The translations under genes were made by a program, and so were the position numbers. A stretch of 64,000 nucleotides of DNA from Octopus vulgaris. Lineage: Eukaryota. The stretch is taken from positions 62,868,001 to 62,932,000 of the forward strand of contig OX597833.1 in NCBI GenBank assembly GCA_951406725.2, in the 5' to 3' direction. The notes under the pieces are model-generated. The model did no database searches and had not been told where the DNA came from. It saw only the letters and a list, made by a program, of their open reading frames with translations. Of this stretch, positions 35,860 through 48,811 are shown piece after piece. Every line of letters starts with the position of its first letter. The stretch's first letter is position 1.

Positions 35860-37137
35860 TTGGGTTGGCAAGAAAGTAATTTCGTTTTTCGCAAATATAG
35901 TTACGATTTTTTTAGATGACTTTTGTCAATGTTATAATTTTTTCTTTTTGACATTTGATAGCCGTTACTTTTAGCTTACTTTAGAAGGGAATTGCGCGTA
36001 ATTTTGTTTACAGCTCTTAGTTCAGTGTCAATTTTAACACGGAGTCCAAAGACGAACATTTTCGCCATATTTTCCTTTTTTTTATTTCCGTAAAGGCAAG
36101 AAAGCTGCTGAGGCTCACAAAGAGATATGTGAAGTTTATGGTGCTGATTGCTTAACAGAAATGCACATGTCAGAAGTGGTTTGAAGAATTCCGCTATAGA
36201 GATTTTTCACGCAAAGATGACCAATGTTCTGGTCGACCTATTGAAGTTGATGGTAACTGAATCAAAGCCGTAACTGAATCTGATTGTCATAAAACTGTGC
36301 AGAGAGATTAAATGTATCATAAACATCAACTGGAAATCACTTAAGATGTTTTAGATTCGTTAAGAAGCTCGATATTTGGGTTCCACATAAATCGAAATAC
36401 GTTAATTTACTACAAAGAATCAATATTTGCGATATGCACCTCAAACGCCATGAAATCGACCTTTTTTTAAAACAAATCATCACTGATGATGAAAAAGGGA
36501 TTGTCTGCACTAACATCAATCGAAAACAATCATGGTCCAAGCATAATGAATCAGCACAAACCGCATTGAAAGTTGAATTGCATAAAAAAAGGTCATGCTG
36601 TCAATTTGGTGGGATTGCAAAGGTTTTGTGTATTTTGAGCTGCTTCTAATAAACCAAACGATCAATTCAGATGTTTACTGTCAACAACTAATGAAACTAG
36701 AGGAAGCAATCAAAGAAAAACAGCCAAATTGGCAAATCGCAAAGGAATTGTGTTCCACCATGACAACGCTAGACCACACATGTCTTTGCATACTCGTGAA
36801 AAATTATTGGCGCTTGGCTGGGAAGTGACGTCATATCCATCATATAGTTCTAACCTTGCACCATCAAATTACCATTTATTTCAAAGTTTGCAAAATTCTT
36901 TGAATGGTAAAACTTTCAATAATGATGATGACCTGAAACCATACTTGCTCCAGTTTTTGGCTAATAAGGACCAGAAAGAAGTTCTTTGAGCATGGAATCA
37001 TGAAGTTGCCAGAAAGATGGCAAAAAGGTCATCGAACAAAATGGAAAATATAAAATTGATTAAAATTAATTCTTTGAATGAAGAAAAAACCTTTTATTCC
37101 ACACTAACAAACTAAAATTACTTCCTTGCCAACCCTT
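35860..37137 (+). mobile_element. full-length defective mariner transposon (about 1.28 kb)
   Basis: TIRs TTGGGTTGGCAAGAAAGTAATTT / AAATTACTTCCTTGCCAACCC with TA flanks; TIR resembles Hsmar1-type (cecropia) mariners. Confidence 0.93.
36039..37063 (+). pseudogene. mariner transposase pseudogene
   Basis: ACG in place of ATG; EHFRHI, SGRP, WVPH, ITDDEK, IWWD, HHDNARPH, YSSNLAPSNYHLF; several frameshifts and stops. Confidence 0.93.
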
Positions 37138-37288
37138 TATATGTATATAAGTATGTTTATGTTTGAATACATGCATGCATGTATGTATTTATGTATATAT
37201 GTATGTCATTATTCAGTTTATTTCAAAAGAACCGGTTTCTAACCTAGATCCAAGGTTCCTTCATTGGAATTTTAACATCAAAAACAGG

Positions 37289-37319
<31 letters not shown>

Positions 37320-37475
37320 TGTATGTATGTATGTATGTATTCTCATGCATATAATTGCATATCTAGACATTCTCATATATATTTAAATGATAAACTTCTG
37401 GAAAGTTTTACAGATTTTTACAGTTCCAGTGATGGATTGGATCTGTAGTCTTCGAATTAGCTTTCTCCTTGCATG

Positions 37476-37509
<34 letters not shown>

Positions 37510-37549
37510 TGTATGGATGGATGGATGGATGGATGTATGCATGTATGTC

Positions 37550-37609
<60 letters not shown>

Positions 37610-37612
<3 letters not shown>

Positions 37613-37785
37613 AGTTCAAAGAATGACAAGTGTAGGAACAACAAGCAAGTGTATTGCTTTGACACTCGCGAAAAATGGAAAATTCTTTTACGCTTCAACA
37701 GAAAGGAAAAAGAGAAAATAAGGAGAGAGAATGGAAAAGGAAAACGTGTTGAGTTCATTGGTCCAACTTGGTCTACCGTCTAAAT
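37610..37785 (-). mobile_element. degenerate copy of the 41050-41270 element with the hammerhead stem II deleted
   Basis: CTTTTACG|CTTCAACAGAAAG versus CTTTTACGTTTCGAGCCTACGCTCTTCGACAGAAAG. Confidence 0.55.
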
Positions 37786-37828
37786 ATATATATCTAGACG
37801 TGTGTATGTACATACGTATGTATATACA

Positions 37829-37899
<71 letters not shown>

Positions 37900-37971
37900 A
37901 CATACATACATACAAACATAAATATATCCTGTATATATATGCATGTATATACGTGTATGCATGCTTGTAAG

Positions 37972-38013
<42 letters not shown>

Positions 38014-38614
38014 TATATATGGACGTATGTACGTATGTATGCATACATGTATGTACGTACGTATGTATATATGTACGTATTCATGCATATATATATATAT
38101 GCATGTATATATGCATGTATGTATGTATGTATTTATGTATGTATGTATGTACGTATGCATGCGAGTAAGATCCTTATCCTGCAGTCTACTCAAAGAAGAA
38201 AAATCCAATACGCCATAAACATTCCAATTTTCCGGAAGACCAATATCTCTGGCCAGAACCTCGACCGATAAGCACAGCAGCAGCTGCCTGTTGTCGAAAT
38301 CCACAGATAATCTCAATGAAATATCCTTGATAATCCCTGGATCAAGGTATTTGCGAAACCGGGCAACGGCGTTAAGTTACTGTTGGTCTGCATAATTTGG
38401 TTGTTAAGACGACTCGAGATTGCAATCACGGAATTTCAGGTTCGACCGCAGTGTGAGGTAACCTAGACATGCCTACCACCGTAGATTGCAGGGGGGTAAA
38501 TGGTTGTGAATAGAATTTGGTAGACAGAGATCGTGAAGAATTCTCATCGTGTGTGTATGTGCGTGGATGTATGTGTGTGTATGAGTATATATAAATATAT
38601 TTATATGTATGTAT

Positions 38615-38727
38615 AATATAAGGGTAAATAATTATTAATTAAAAAAAAAAAAACCCCAACAATTATTCCGGGTAGATTTCGGTATGGAAATAAAACCATT
38701 ATCGGTAGGAACTTTAAAAAAAAAAAG

Positions 38728-38782
<55 letters not shown>

Positions 38783-38918
38783 ATAATAAATATTAGGGAA
38801 TAAATCCAAATTTACAGGGAAAAATTTTTTATGTATTGGCTTAAGTCTTTCTTTGTTTGATTTGCATAATAGTGGTTTTGTCTCTAATTATTATAATATA
38901 TGTATATATATATATGTA

Positions 38919-38981
<63 letters not shown>

Positions 38982-39407
38982 ATATATATATATATATATA
39001 TATAATAAAAGGGCAAGCAACAGGTTGCTTAGCCACATACAAAAAATTAGAAATAGCAGTCAAAACCGCTTATTTCTATTTTCTACAAATATAACCCCAC
39101 ATACAACATATACCTGTGACCCATGTATACATATGTGTATATTTATGTACAAATGTTGTGTGTGTGTATATATATATATACAAGTGTGCTTTTATAATTG
39201 TTATCTATGTATATTCATTTGTGTGTAAGAGTACCAGTAAGCATGTTTATGTGTATGTGAGTGGAGGCCTGTGAGCGCAGGCGCGCTTATGTATATGAGT
39301 TTCTACACTTAACATGTCTGCACTGAGAGAGACCTACAGTTATTTGAATGTGTTCTGACGAAGTTTATCGCAAAAATTGCTTGGAAACCGAACATTCCTA
39401 CTCGCCG

Positions 39408-39442
<35 letters not shown>

Positions 39443-39605
39443 TAATAAAAGTTATTTGCAACAAGTTGCCTATTAAGCAACTTGTTGCAAAAAACCCTTT
39501 AATTATAATTATATAAATTTTTACCGAATATGGTCCTTTCCATACCGAAAGACTACTTGGTGAAATTTATTAATTTTATTAAATCAATTATATTTCACCC
39601 TTTAT
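38615..39605. mobile_element. several short AT-rich elements embedded in (TA)n (family G: CGGTATGGAAA..ACCAT; GCAACAAGTTGC)
   Basis: 38620-38720 (+), 39001-39110, 39435-39605 (-); homologous to 43790-43945. Confidence 0.65.
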
Positions 39606-39615
39606 ATGTATCGAA

Positions 39616-39715
<100 letters not shown>

Positions 39716-39727
39716 TATATATATATG

Positions 39728-39776
<49 letters not shown>

Positions 39777-39779
<3 letters not shown>

Positions 39780-40130
39780 GGTCATTCAAAAGTCTCCACA
39801 CATAGGAACACATTTTATAAGAAACAGTTTATAAGATCCTCTAGATCCCCTGACCTGACCCTTCTTGATGTTTTATCTTTGGGGGCATGGTGTATCGCGG
39901 AAAGATAAAAAAGCTAAATCATTTGAAGGAACGCATCACCGACTCCGTTGCACACGTATCACCAGATGTGCCATTACGAGTTCACAATGAGTTGGGGTAA
40001 ACGTATTGCAATCTGTATTCAAAACAATGGTAACCATAGAGAGACTGATAAATATTTTTAAAGAAGACTGTTCTTATAAACTGTTTCTTATAAAATAATA
40101 AATTGTTCCTATGCATGGCGACTTTTAAAT
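39777..40130 (+). mobile_element. internally deleted Tc1/mariner-superfamily element (maT/rosa-like)
   Basis: about 55-bp TIRs (AAAAGTCTCCACACATAGGAACA..ATTTTATAAGAAACAGTTTATAAGA and inverse); remnant [12 protein letters not shown] and CIQNNGNH. Confidence 0.75.
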
Positions 40131-40149
40131 ATATATATATATATATGTA

Positions 40150-40360
40150 AAGTTAATCCAAACAAGAAAGCACAAAAAAAAACACAACAACGCGAGGACG
40201 TGGAACAAATAAAGTATTATTGGACGCTCAGGAAAGAAGGAAAGAAAGAGGGTTTAACGTTTCGAGCAGAGCTCTTCGTCTGAAACAAAGGAGAAGGAAA
40301 GATCCAGAGAAGGGAAGACAGAGGAAAATAATCGCCAACGGTACAAACGCGGTCACATTA
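40150..40360 (-). mobile_element. short Penelope-like terminal element with a hammerhead-like motif
   Basis: minus strand GTTT-CAGACGA-A-GAGC-TCT-GCTC-GAAA-CG-TT-AAAC at 40252-40286. Confidence 0.65.
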
Positions 40361-40404
40361 GGAGAAATGAGGTACTCAGAATATCGGATAAAAATTCTTT
40401 TTTA

Positions 40405-40776
40405 ACTCTTTTACTTCTTTCAGTCATTTGACTGCGGCCATGCTGGAGCACCGCCATTAATCGAGCAACTCGACCCCGGGACTTATTCTTTTGTAAGCCC
40501 AGTACTTATTCTATCGGTCTCTTTTGCCGAACCGCTAAGTGACGGGGACGTAAACACACCAGCATCGGTTGTCAAGCAATGCTAGGGGGACAAACACACA
40601 CACATACATATATATATATACATATATACGACAGGCTTCTTTCAGTTTCCGTCTACCAAATCCACTCACAAGGCATTGGTCGGCCCAGGGCTATAGCAGA
40701 AGACACTTGCCCAAGATGCCACGCAGTGGGACTGAACCCGGGACCATGTGGTTGGTTAGCAAGCTACTTACCACAC
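40405..40776 (-). mobile_element. near full-length family A SINE
   Basis: high identity to 58068-58488. Confidence 0.92.
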
Positions 40777-40996
40777 GGTTTATATTTACAGATATTTATT
40801 TGTATATTACATTTTTTTATATAACTTAGATCATGTATTAGCGCTTTCTCCCACTCTAGTGGGGTTTTCAAATCAAACTAAGTTCCTGTGTGAAAAGTTT
40901 TGACCATTTTATAGTGGTATTGAGTTTGTAGTGGTGGGGAGGAATATAAGACAGTACAAGAGGGTGATGGATGAAGGGTTAGGGTTAAAGTTAGGG

Positions 40997-41048
<52 letters not shown>

Positions 41049-41049
41049 G

Positions 41050-41370
41050 TATGTATAACGCCATGATAGACCGTTAGCTCCTACACGCATTTTTCTCTCT
41101 CCTTGTTTCTCTCCTTGTTTCTTTTCTGTGAATCTTTCTGTCGAAGAGCGTAGGCTCGAAACGTAAAAGACTTGTTCTTTTTCTATTCCTGAGCGCCATA
41201 CTAATACATTTGTTTGTTTGTACTCCACCTGCCTTCGTCTTTTGTTTATTTTCGTAAACCTTCCCGTTATGTATATGCATAGTTTGAATTTACAACAAAA
41301 GGCGAAGACGGGTGTGTAAACAACAAAAGATGTAGTAGTTTAACGCTCGGGAAGTGAGAAAGTCTTTTAC
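41050..41370. mobile_element. short Penelope-like terminal element (+, 41050-41270) with hammerhead-like motif, plus an inverted partial relative (41285-41370)
   Basis: TCTTT-CTGTCGA-A-GAGC-GTAG-GCTC-GAAA-CG-TA-AAAGA at 41133-41170. Confidence 0.7.
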
Positions 41371-41447
41371 AGCCATCAAAAGCCTGTTGTGTCAACTTGG
41401 TGTCCAATGTGCTCAAGAGCACTGCAAGAACAAGTGACACTGATGCT

Positions 41448-41776
41448 GGTGGCTGTGTGGTAAGAAGTTCGATTCTCAACCACATGGTTCCGGGTTCAGC
41501 CCCACTGCGTAGCGCCTCGGGCAAGTGTCTTCTACTATAGCCTTGGATTTGGTAGACGGAAACTGAAAGAATCCCGTCGTCCCCACCACTGCTTGACAAC
41601 CGGTGTTAGCTTTTTTTTCTTTTACGTCCTCCGTAACCTAGCGGCTCGTCAAAAGACTCCGATAGAATAAATGCCGGGCTTTAAAAAAAGTGCTAAGTCT
41701 CGATTCATTCGACTAAAAATTCTTCAAAGTGGTGCACCAGCATGGCCGCAATCTAATGGCTGAAACAAGTAAAAAA
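41448..41776 (+). mobile_element. family A SINE with internal deletions
   Basis: GTGGCTGTGTGGTAAG...GGTTCAGCCCC...GGGCAAGTGTCTTCT...GCATGGCCGCA...CTGAAACAAGTAAAA. Confidence 0.88.
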
Positions 41777-41882
41777 TACTTACATGTTTACTCTCTCTCT
41801 CTCTCTCTCCCTCTCTCACACACAGAGTCTCTCTCTCTCTCTCCCTCCCTCTTCCTCTCTTCTTCCCTCTTTCTTTCTCTCT

Positions 41883-41934
<52 letters not shown>

Positions 41935-42091
41935 GGTAAACAGTAAAAATAATTACAGACATGGACAAGAACATGAAACGCTACAGAGACGACACAAGAA
42001 CCACAGGACGGGACATTCGAAGCCCTCAGTCATCAGTCAAGAACCAGATCATCTTAGCAATTTCGGCTGATTAATCTTGAGATTGCTCCGA
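41935..42091 (-). mobile_element. family D element, second (truncated) copy in (TA)n
   Basis: matches about 20240-20372. Confidence 0.8.
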
Positions 42092-42876
42092 TATATATAT
42101 ATATATATATGATGCAGGTATAAAGTGTAGAACAAATGAAACAGATTCCTAACAGATTGTAAGCTAATGAAAAATAAAGAAATATGGAAGCCGAATGTCA
42201 CATGGATTTGTCGAGTGTTTATTCAGTATTGTGTTTTTCCCTATGAATAATCATATAACGATAATTAAACACACACACACACACATACACACATGAGTAT
42301 ACATACATACATTCACATATTTATGTTTTATTTATTATTTTGTTATATATATATATATATATATATATACAAATACTCATACATAGATATATATGTATAT
42401 AAAATATATATGTATGTATATATATATGTGTGTATGAATGTATAAATATATATACGTATATATAATATATGTATATATGTGTGTGTGTTCGTGTATGCAA
42501 ACGTATATATACATAAATATATATATATGCCTATCTATCTATATATTTATGTAAAGATATATATAATTATGTATACATGTATGTATATATATATGTATGT
42601 ATCTATATGTGTGTATATGTGTGTGTGTGTGTTTGCATGTTGTATGTATATACATACACACATGCATGCATACAAGTCTCGTACCTTGATTATTTTGCCA
42701 GTGTAAACAAAAGTACTGGCTGTATTTCTACCTTTATTATTATCATTATCATTATTATTATTATCATTATTATTATCATTATCATTATTTATTATTATTA
42801 TTATTTATTATTATTACTATTATTATTATTATTATTATTTATCATTATTATTATTATTCATTATTATTACTATTTA

Positions 42877-42911
<35 letters not shown>

Positions 42912-42919
42912 TATCATTA

Positions 42920-42966
<47 letters not shown>

Positions 42967-43167
42967 ATCATCATCATCATTATTATTATCATTATTATTA
43001 TTATTATTATTATTGTTGTTGTTGTTGTTGTTGTTGTTGTTATTTTTGTTTTTGTTTTTGTTGTTGTTATCAGTCAACGGAGTAACTAATTAGCTCATTA
43101 ACTAATTAATTGTTTGATCAATGGTTGGGAGAGAGGGAGAGAGAGGAAGGAATATTTCGTGTGTGTG

Positions 43168-43202
<35 letters not shown>

Positions 43203-43539
43203 GTGTCTGTGTATGGGCTGGGAGATGGAGGTGTGTGTGTGTGTGTGTGAGGTACGCCGTGCTTGTCCATTGACTCTAATTGTTTTAGCTGAAGGGTTGA
43301 GACACGGCGAAGTTTACGAGTGGGCCACGAGTGGCCATATTATAAACATACGATCGGTAATAGAGATGGAAAATAAATAGACGCGGACAATTGTGAATAC
43401 TTAAAAATTAATTGAAAATATCCTTTGTTGGTCTTTGGTGGATGTCTTTTTTGTTTTTCATTTTCCTCTTTCGGTACGAGTAGCTACTTATTGATAACTA
43501 AACGAGGACAGCTGCGAAAACATAGTTACGTATATATAT

Positions 43540-44125
43540 ATACTCTTTTTACTTGTTTCAGTCATTTGACTGCGGCCATGCTGGAGCACCGCTTTTTTTA
43601 AATCGAGCAACTCGACCCCCCCCCCGGGACTTATTCTTTTTGTAAGCCCAGTACTTATTCTATCGGTCTCTTTTGCCGAACCGCTAAGTGACGGGGACAT
43701 AAACACACCAGCATCGGTTGTCAAGCAATGCTAGGGGGACAAACACAGACACACAAACACATACGCATATATATATATATATATATATGCAATAAAGGGT
43801 GGAATATAATTAATTTAATAAAATTAATCAATTTCACCTAGTAGATTTATCGGTATGGAAAAGACCATATTTGGTAAGGGTTATAATAATTATAATTAAG
43901 GGTTTGAGCAACTTGTTGCAATTAACCCTTAATTATAATTATATATATATATATATATATACGACAGGCTTCTTTAAGTTTCCGTCTACCAAATCCACTC
44001 ACAAGGCTTTGGTCGGCCCGATGCAATAGTAGAAGACACTTGCCCAAGATGCCACGCAGTGGAACTGAACCCGGAACCATGTGGTCGGTAAACAAGCTAC
44101 TTACCACACAGCCACTCCTGCGCCT
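43540..44125 (-). mobile_element. full-length family A SINE with a family G element (43790-43945) inside its TA array
   Basis: SINE halves at 43540-43765 and 43958-44125. Confidence 0.9.
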
Positions 44126-44284
44126 ATATGTGTGTATATATGGGAATGCATGTGTTTGTGTGCCTGTTAGTTTGAGTATATGTGTTTGTGTGTGATATTT
44201 GATTGATTGATTGATTGATTGATTCTAGTTTCAGCTCATGAGCTGTGGCCATGCTGGGGCACCGCCATTGCTGGGGCGTTTATG

Positions 44285-44678
44285 TTAGTTAGTTAGTTAG
44301 TTAGTTAATTTTTTGGCTCAAAAAGCAAAAAGCAAGGCCATGTAGGGGGACATGGAGTTAAGTACAGGGTGGTGTTCATGTAAAGAGTTCAGGCCATTTG
44401 TGGTCAAGGGAGACTTTGAACAAAGCGGTCGTCGGCATCTTCACCATCTCGTCTGGCAGCTTGTTCCACGGATCCGCAACCCGGACGGAGAAAGCCCTAT
44501 CCTTCGATTGAGATGAAATCGTCGCAGGTAGAGCTTTTCAGAGTGACCCCGCAGCCGACGCTCCGGAGCAGGAGTGAAGAACAGCTCTTTCGAGAGGTTA
44601 CACTTCCCGCTTATGATGTTGTGGGCGAGAATGAGATCACCACGGCGGCTTCGTTTTTCTAGAGAATAAAAGTCGAGG
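44285..44678 (-). mobile_element. CR1-clade LINE 3' fragment with (TAAC)n tail
   Basis: LDFYSLEKRSRRGDLI...RLRGHSEKLY...AFSVRVADPWNKLPDEMV...FKVSLD. Confidence 0.9.
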
Positions 44679-44909
44679 AAGATGTTTAATAGAATTGCTG
44701 TTGCCTCCTCGCACTCGTTGTTTTAATTGAGTTCAAGTACGAAGCTTCAGAGCTTCGTGTTGTCATTGTTGAAAAGTGAAGATAAGCTGATATGTATTAA
44801 GAGCCAATCGCACGATCTCATAGCTTCGTCTGATGTCACCGTAGCCATCAGCTAACATTATGCAACTACTTGTACATGCAACTACATATATACTCGAATT
44901 CATATCTTA

Positions 44910-45202
44910 AACTAGCGATTCTGACCCGTGCTTCCCTCGGGTTTTGGTGCTGGTGTTGTCTCCTTTTCCCTGTCATCTTTTGTTCGTCTTCTTTGCCTTT
45001 CCCATATTCCTCACCATGGCAACCAAACGGTAGCCCCGAGCGACTTGCAACTCTTCTCACACCATTGCCCACCCCATTTACCCCCACCTCCCAGTGTAAA
45101 TTTTGGCGCCAACCCCACCCAACTACCGTTCCCATCCGAAAATTAGACAAATAACCAAGAAATCAAACAACTTTTTCGCATTTCAACTTTATAGATATTG
45201 AT
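44910..45202 (+). mobile_element. Helitron/Helentron-associated non-autonomous element (Lep1/DINE-like ends)
   Basis: 5' ACTAG...GACCCG-TGCTTCCCT-CGGGTT hairpin; 3' TTTATAGATATTGAT. Confidence 0.5.
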
Positions 45203-45214
45203 AATAATTTCAGG

Positions 45215-45597
45215 TTTTAGTTCAAGGCCAGCAATTTTAAGGGGTAGAGGTGGAGAATCGTTTACATCGATTACATTGACCTCAGTGCTCAACTGGTACT
45301 TATTTTATTGACCCTGAAAGCTCCTCGACGGAATTTGATCTCAGAACGTAAAGGTGAACGAAATACCTATTTCTTTACTACCCACAAGGGTAGAGGGGAC
45401 AAACAAGGACAGAAAAACGGATTAAGTCGATTATATCGACCCCAGTGCGTAACTGGTACTTATTTAATCGACTCCGAAAGGATGAAAGGCAAAGTCGACC
45501 TCGGCGGATTTTGAACTCAGAACGTAAAGACAGACGAAATACCGCAAAGCATTTTGCCCAGCGTGCTGACTAACGATTCTGCCAGCTCACCGCCTCA
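45215..45597 (-). mobile_element. dimeric family B SINE
   Basis: same head, core and junction as 15770-16352. Confidence 0.88.
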
Positions 45598-45599
45598 TC

Positions 45600-46550
45600 T
45601 TAAATAATTCTTTAAAGTTTTGTGAAGTTCACACATTGTTAATGTGACCTGGTCGTCAGGCAAATCTACATCACCCTACATGACCATCTACATTTGTGCT
45701 GGATTGGAAGGTTTCCTTGTGGTCTTGTAGGGTGATGTAAGTGCTTTTTGTGGACAGATATGTGTGGATCTGAGAATACATGATTGTTTGTATGAGGAAT
45801 GGAAAGTTAAGGATTTATTGGAGATTTCAGTTGTGTTGAGTAATCTGTGAAGCTATGATGTCCAGGCAGTAATAAATGATTTTGGTAATGTTTCGGTTTA
45901 AAATAGAGCAAACTTTATGTGTGATTCCAAAATGTTTATATAATGATGTCAGGAAAAGTCTGGATACGTTGATATTTACATCCATATTATACGGTGGATT
46001 GAACCATGTAATAGTTTTTTTTTTCTGTTCTTGCTATATTGCGAGGGGTGCTCCTTATACAATATTTTTTCGCTCTTTAGTTGAAAAGTATTGTAAGGAA
46101 GAGGGCGCTACGGTTAAAATTTTAGACAATGTGTTAGCTGATCCCTGCTTATCCGGCCTACTAATCACTTTTGATGATGGCTGGAAATAAGATGTAGCGT
46201 GTATACTTATAACTCTACGAGTAATTCAAATACAGGCATCCTCCTTTTGACCCTGTGGGAGCCGTTGTAAAATGGAAGCGATTTCCTGATGTTCATAATA
46301 ATACCGATATCACTATCACTGAGAGTAATGTATGCTCTCCAAAATTCCGAGGCTTTCAGGCGAAGAGTTCTGAATACAGATAGATAGTATTCTACTATGT
46401 TTAATTGTGTAAGTCCGATCTGTGCTTTATCCTCTACAATATAAATCAAGTTGATTACTGCTGCACAAAAATTCTATTGACTTATCGTTTCTAATTTTGA
46501 AATTGACAGAGTCTAGCGTTCGTTTGTTAACTAAATCCAATCTATTTTAA
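45600..46550 (-). pseudogene. decayed Penelope-like element ORF (RT and linker)
   Basis: QLNIVEYYLSV...LSDSDIGIIMNIRKSLPFYNG..VK; ITWFNPPYNMDVNINVSRLFL...KHF...ILNRNITKIIYYC (WFNPPY motif of PLEs). Confidence 0.8.
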
Positions 46551-46566
46551 GGGAGATAATCATGCT

Positions 46567-46653
46567 AAAGGCGACGAGCTGGCAGAAACTTTAGCACGCC
46601 AGGCGAAAAGCGTAGCCGTATTTCGTCTGCCGTTACGTTCTGAGTTCAAATTC
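46567..46653 (+). mobile_element. family B SINE head fused to a mariner fragment
   Basis: GAGCTGGCAGAAACTTTAG...GAGTTCAAATTC. Confidence 0.85.
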
Positions 46654-47414
<761 letters not shown>

Positions 47415-47421
47415 ATGTCTG

Positions 47422-47479
<58 letters not shown>

Positions 47480-47487
47480 AATTTATA

Positions 47488-47540
<53 letters not shown>

Positions 47541-47583
47541 CCACCTATCTGTCCATTCTTCTGTCTGTCATCTAGCTATCTAA

Positions 47584-47619
<36 letters not shown>

Positions 47620-47821
47620 ATACACGCTTGTGTGATTTGTGTAGTTATATAAACTAATAAACGCAATAATACAAAACATATATACACCCAGAAATATGCG
47701 TGTGTGTGGCGGGGTTTAGCTATCTAGCAAGCTTGCTGGATAAATGTATGTCATATATGTATGATAAAGATGCAGACACCCAAGTGTCCAGAGTCTGATG
47801 CAAATAATAATAATAATAATA

Positions 47822-47883
<62 letters not shown>

Positions 47884-48075
47884 AATCTGATTTGCTGTAG
47901 TAGCGGAGGTGATGATTGGCAGAATGTTGTGGAGTTAAATAGGAATGTGTGTTAATGGCGTCTCTAATGAGATGGAGCTGGCAATCACGTGGCTAAGAGT
48001 TTTGACTGCAAAGTCATTGCCACAGCGCTGACGCATGATTTGTAGCATATGATTAATGTGTTCGGACAGATAGGC

Positions 48076-48199
<124 letters not shown>

Positions 48200-48227
48200 T
48201 GACGGATAGGTAGATAGATAGATAGGC

Positions 48228-48288
<61 letters not shown>

Positions 48289-48398
48289 GATAGATAGGCA
48301 GAGAGACAGATAGACAGATAGGCAGATAGATGATGATAGATAGATAGATAGGTAGATAGATAGATATAGATAGATAGAAAGATAGATTGACGGATAGG

Positions 48399-48454
<56 letters not shown>

Positions 48455-48457
<3 letters not shown>

Positions 48458-48640
48458 GTTTCTTTATTGGCCACACAGGGCTGCACACAGATGGGACAAG
48501 TTACAAGGTAGAGCTTTTCTTTTGGGGGATGAAAAAAAAGCAAAAAACAAAAGAAAAAGAAGAAAAAAAAAGAAAAAAAAGGGGGTGGCGTAGGTTTTCG
48601 ATCAAGAGGGATCGTAAAAGGGAAGAAAAGAACAAAAAAC
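48455..48640 (-). mobile_element. family F LINE-like 3' end within (GATA)n
   Basis: reverse complement ends CAGCCCTGTGTGGCCAATAAAGAAAC + (TATC)n. Confidence 0.75.
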
Positions 48641-48779
48641 AAAAAAACAGATAGATAGATAGTTCGACAGATAGGCAGACAGATAGATTGATGATGATGA
48701 TAGATGATGATAGATAGATAGATAGATAGATAGAGAGATTGGCAGATGGACAGAGAGACAGATAGATAGATAGACATAC

Positions 48780-48811
<32 letters not shown>

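Noticed and set aside
38160-38376. About 72 open codons on the minus strand in unique sequence
   Set aside because: No recognisable family or splice sites; length compatible with chance
40975-40998. Telomeric TTAGGG-like repeats
   Set aside because: Only 3-4 imperfect units; too short to interpret
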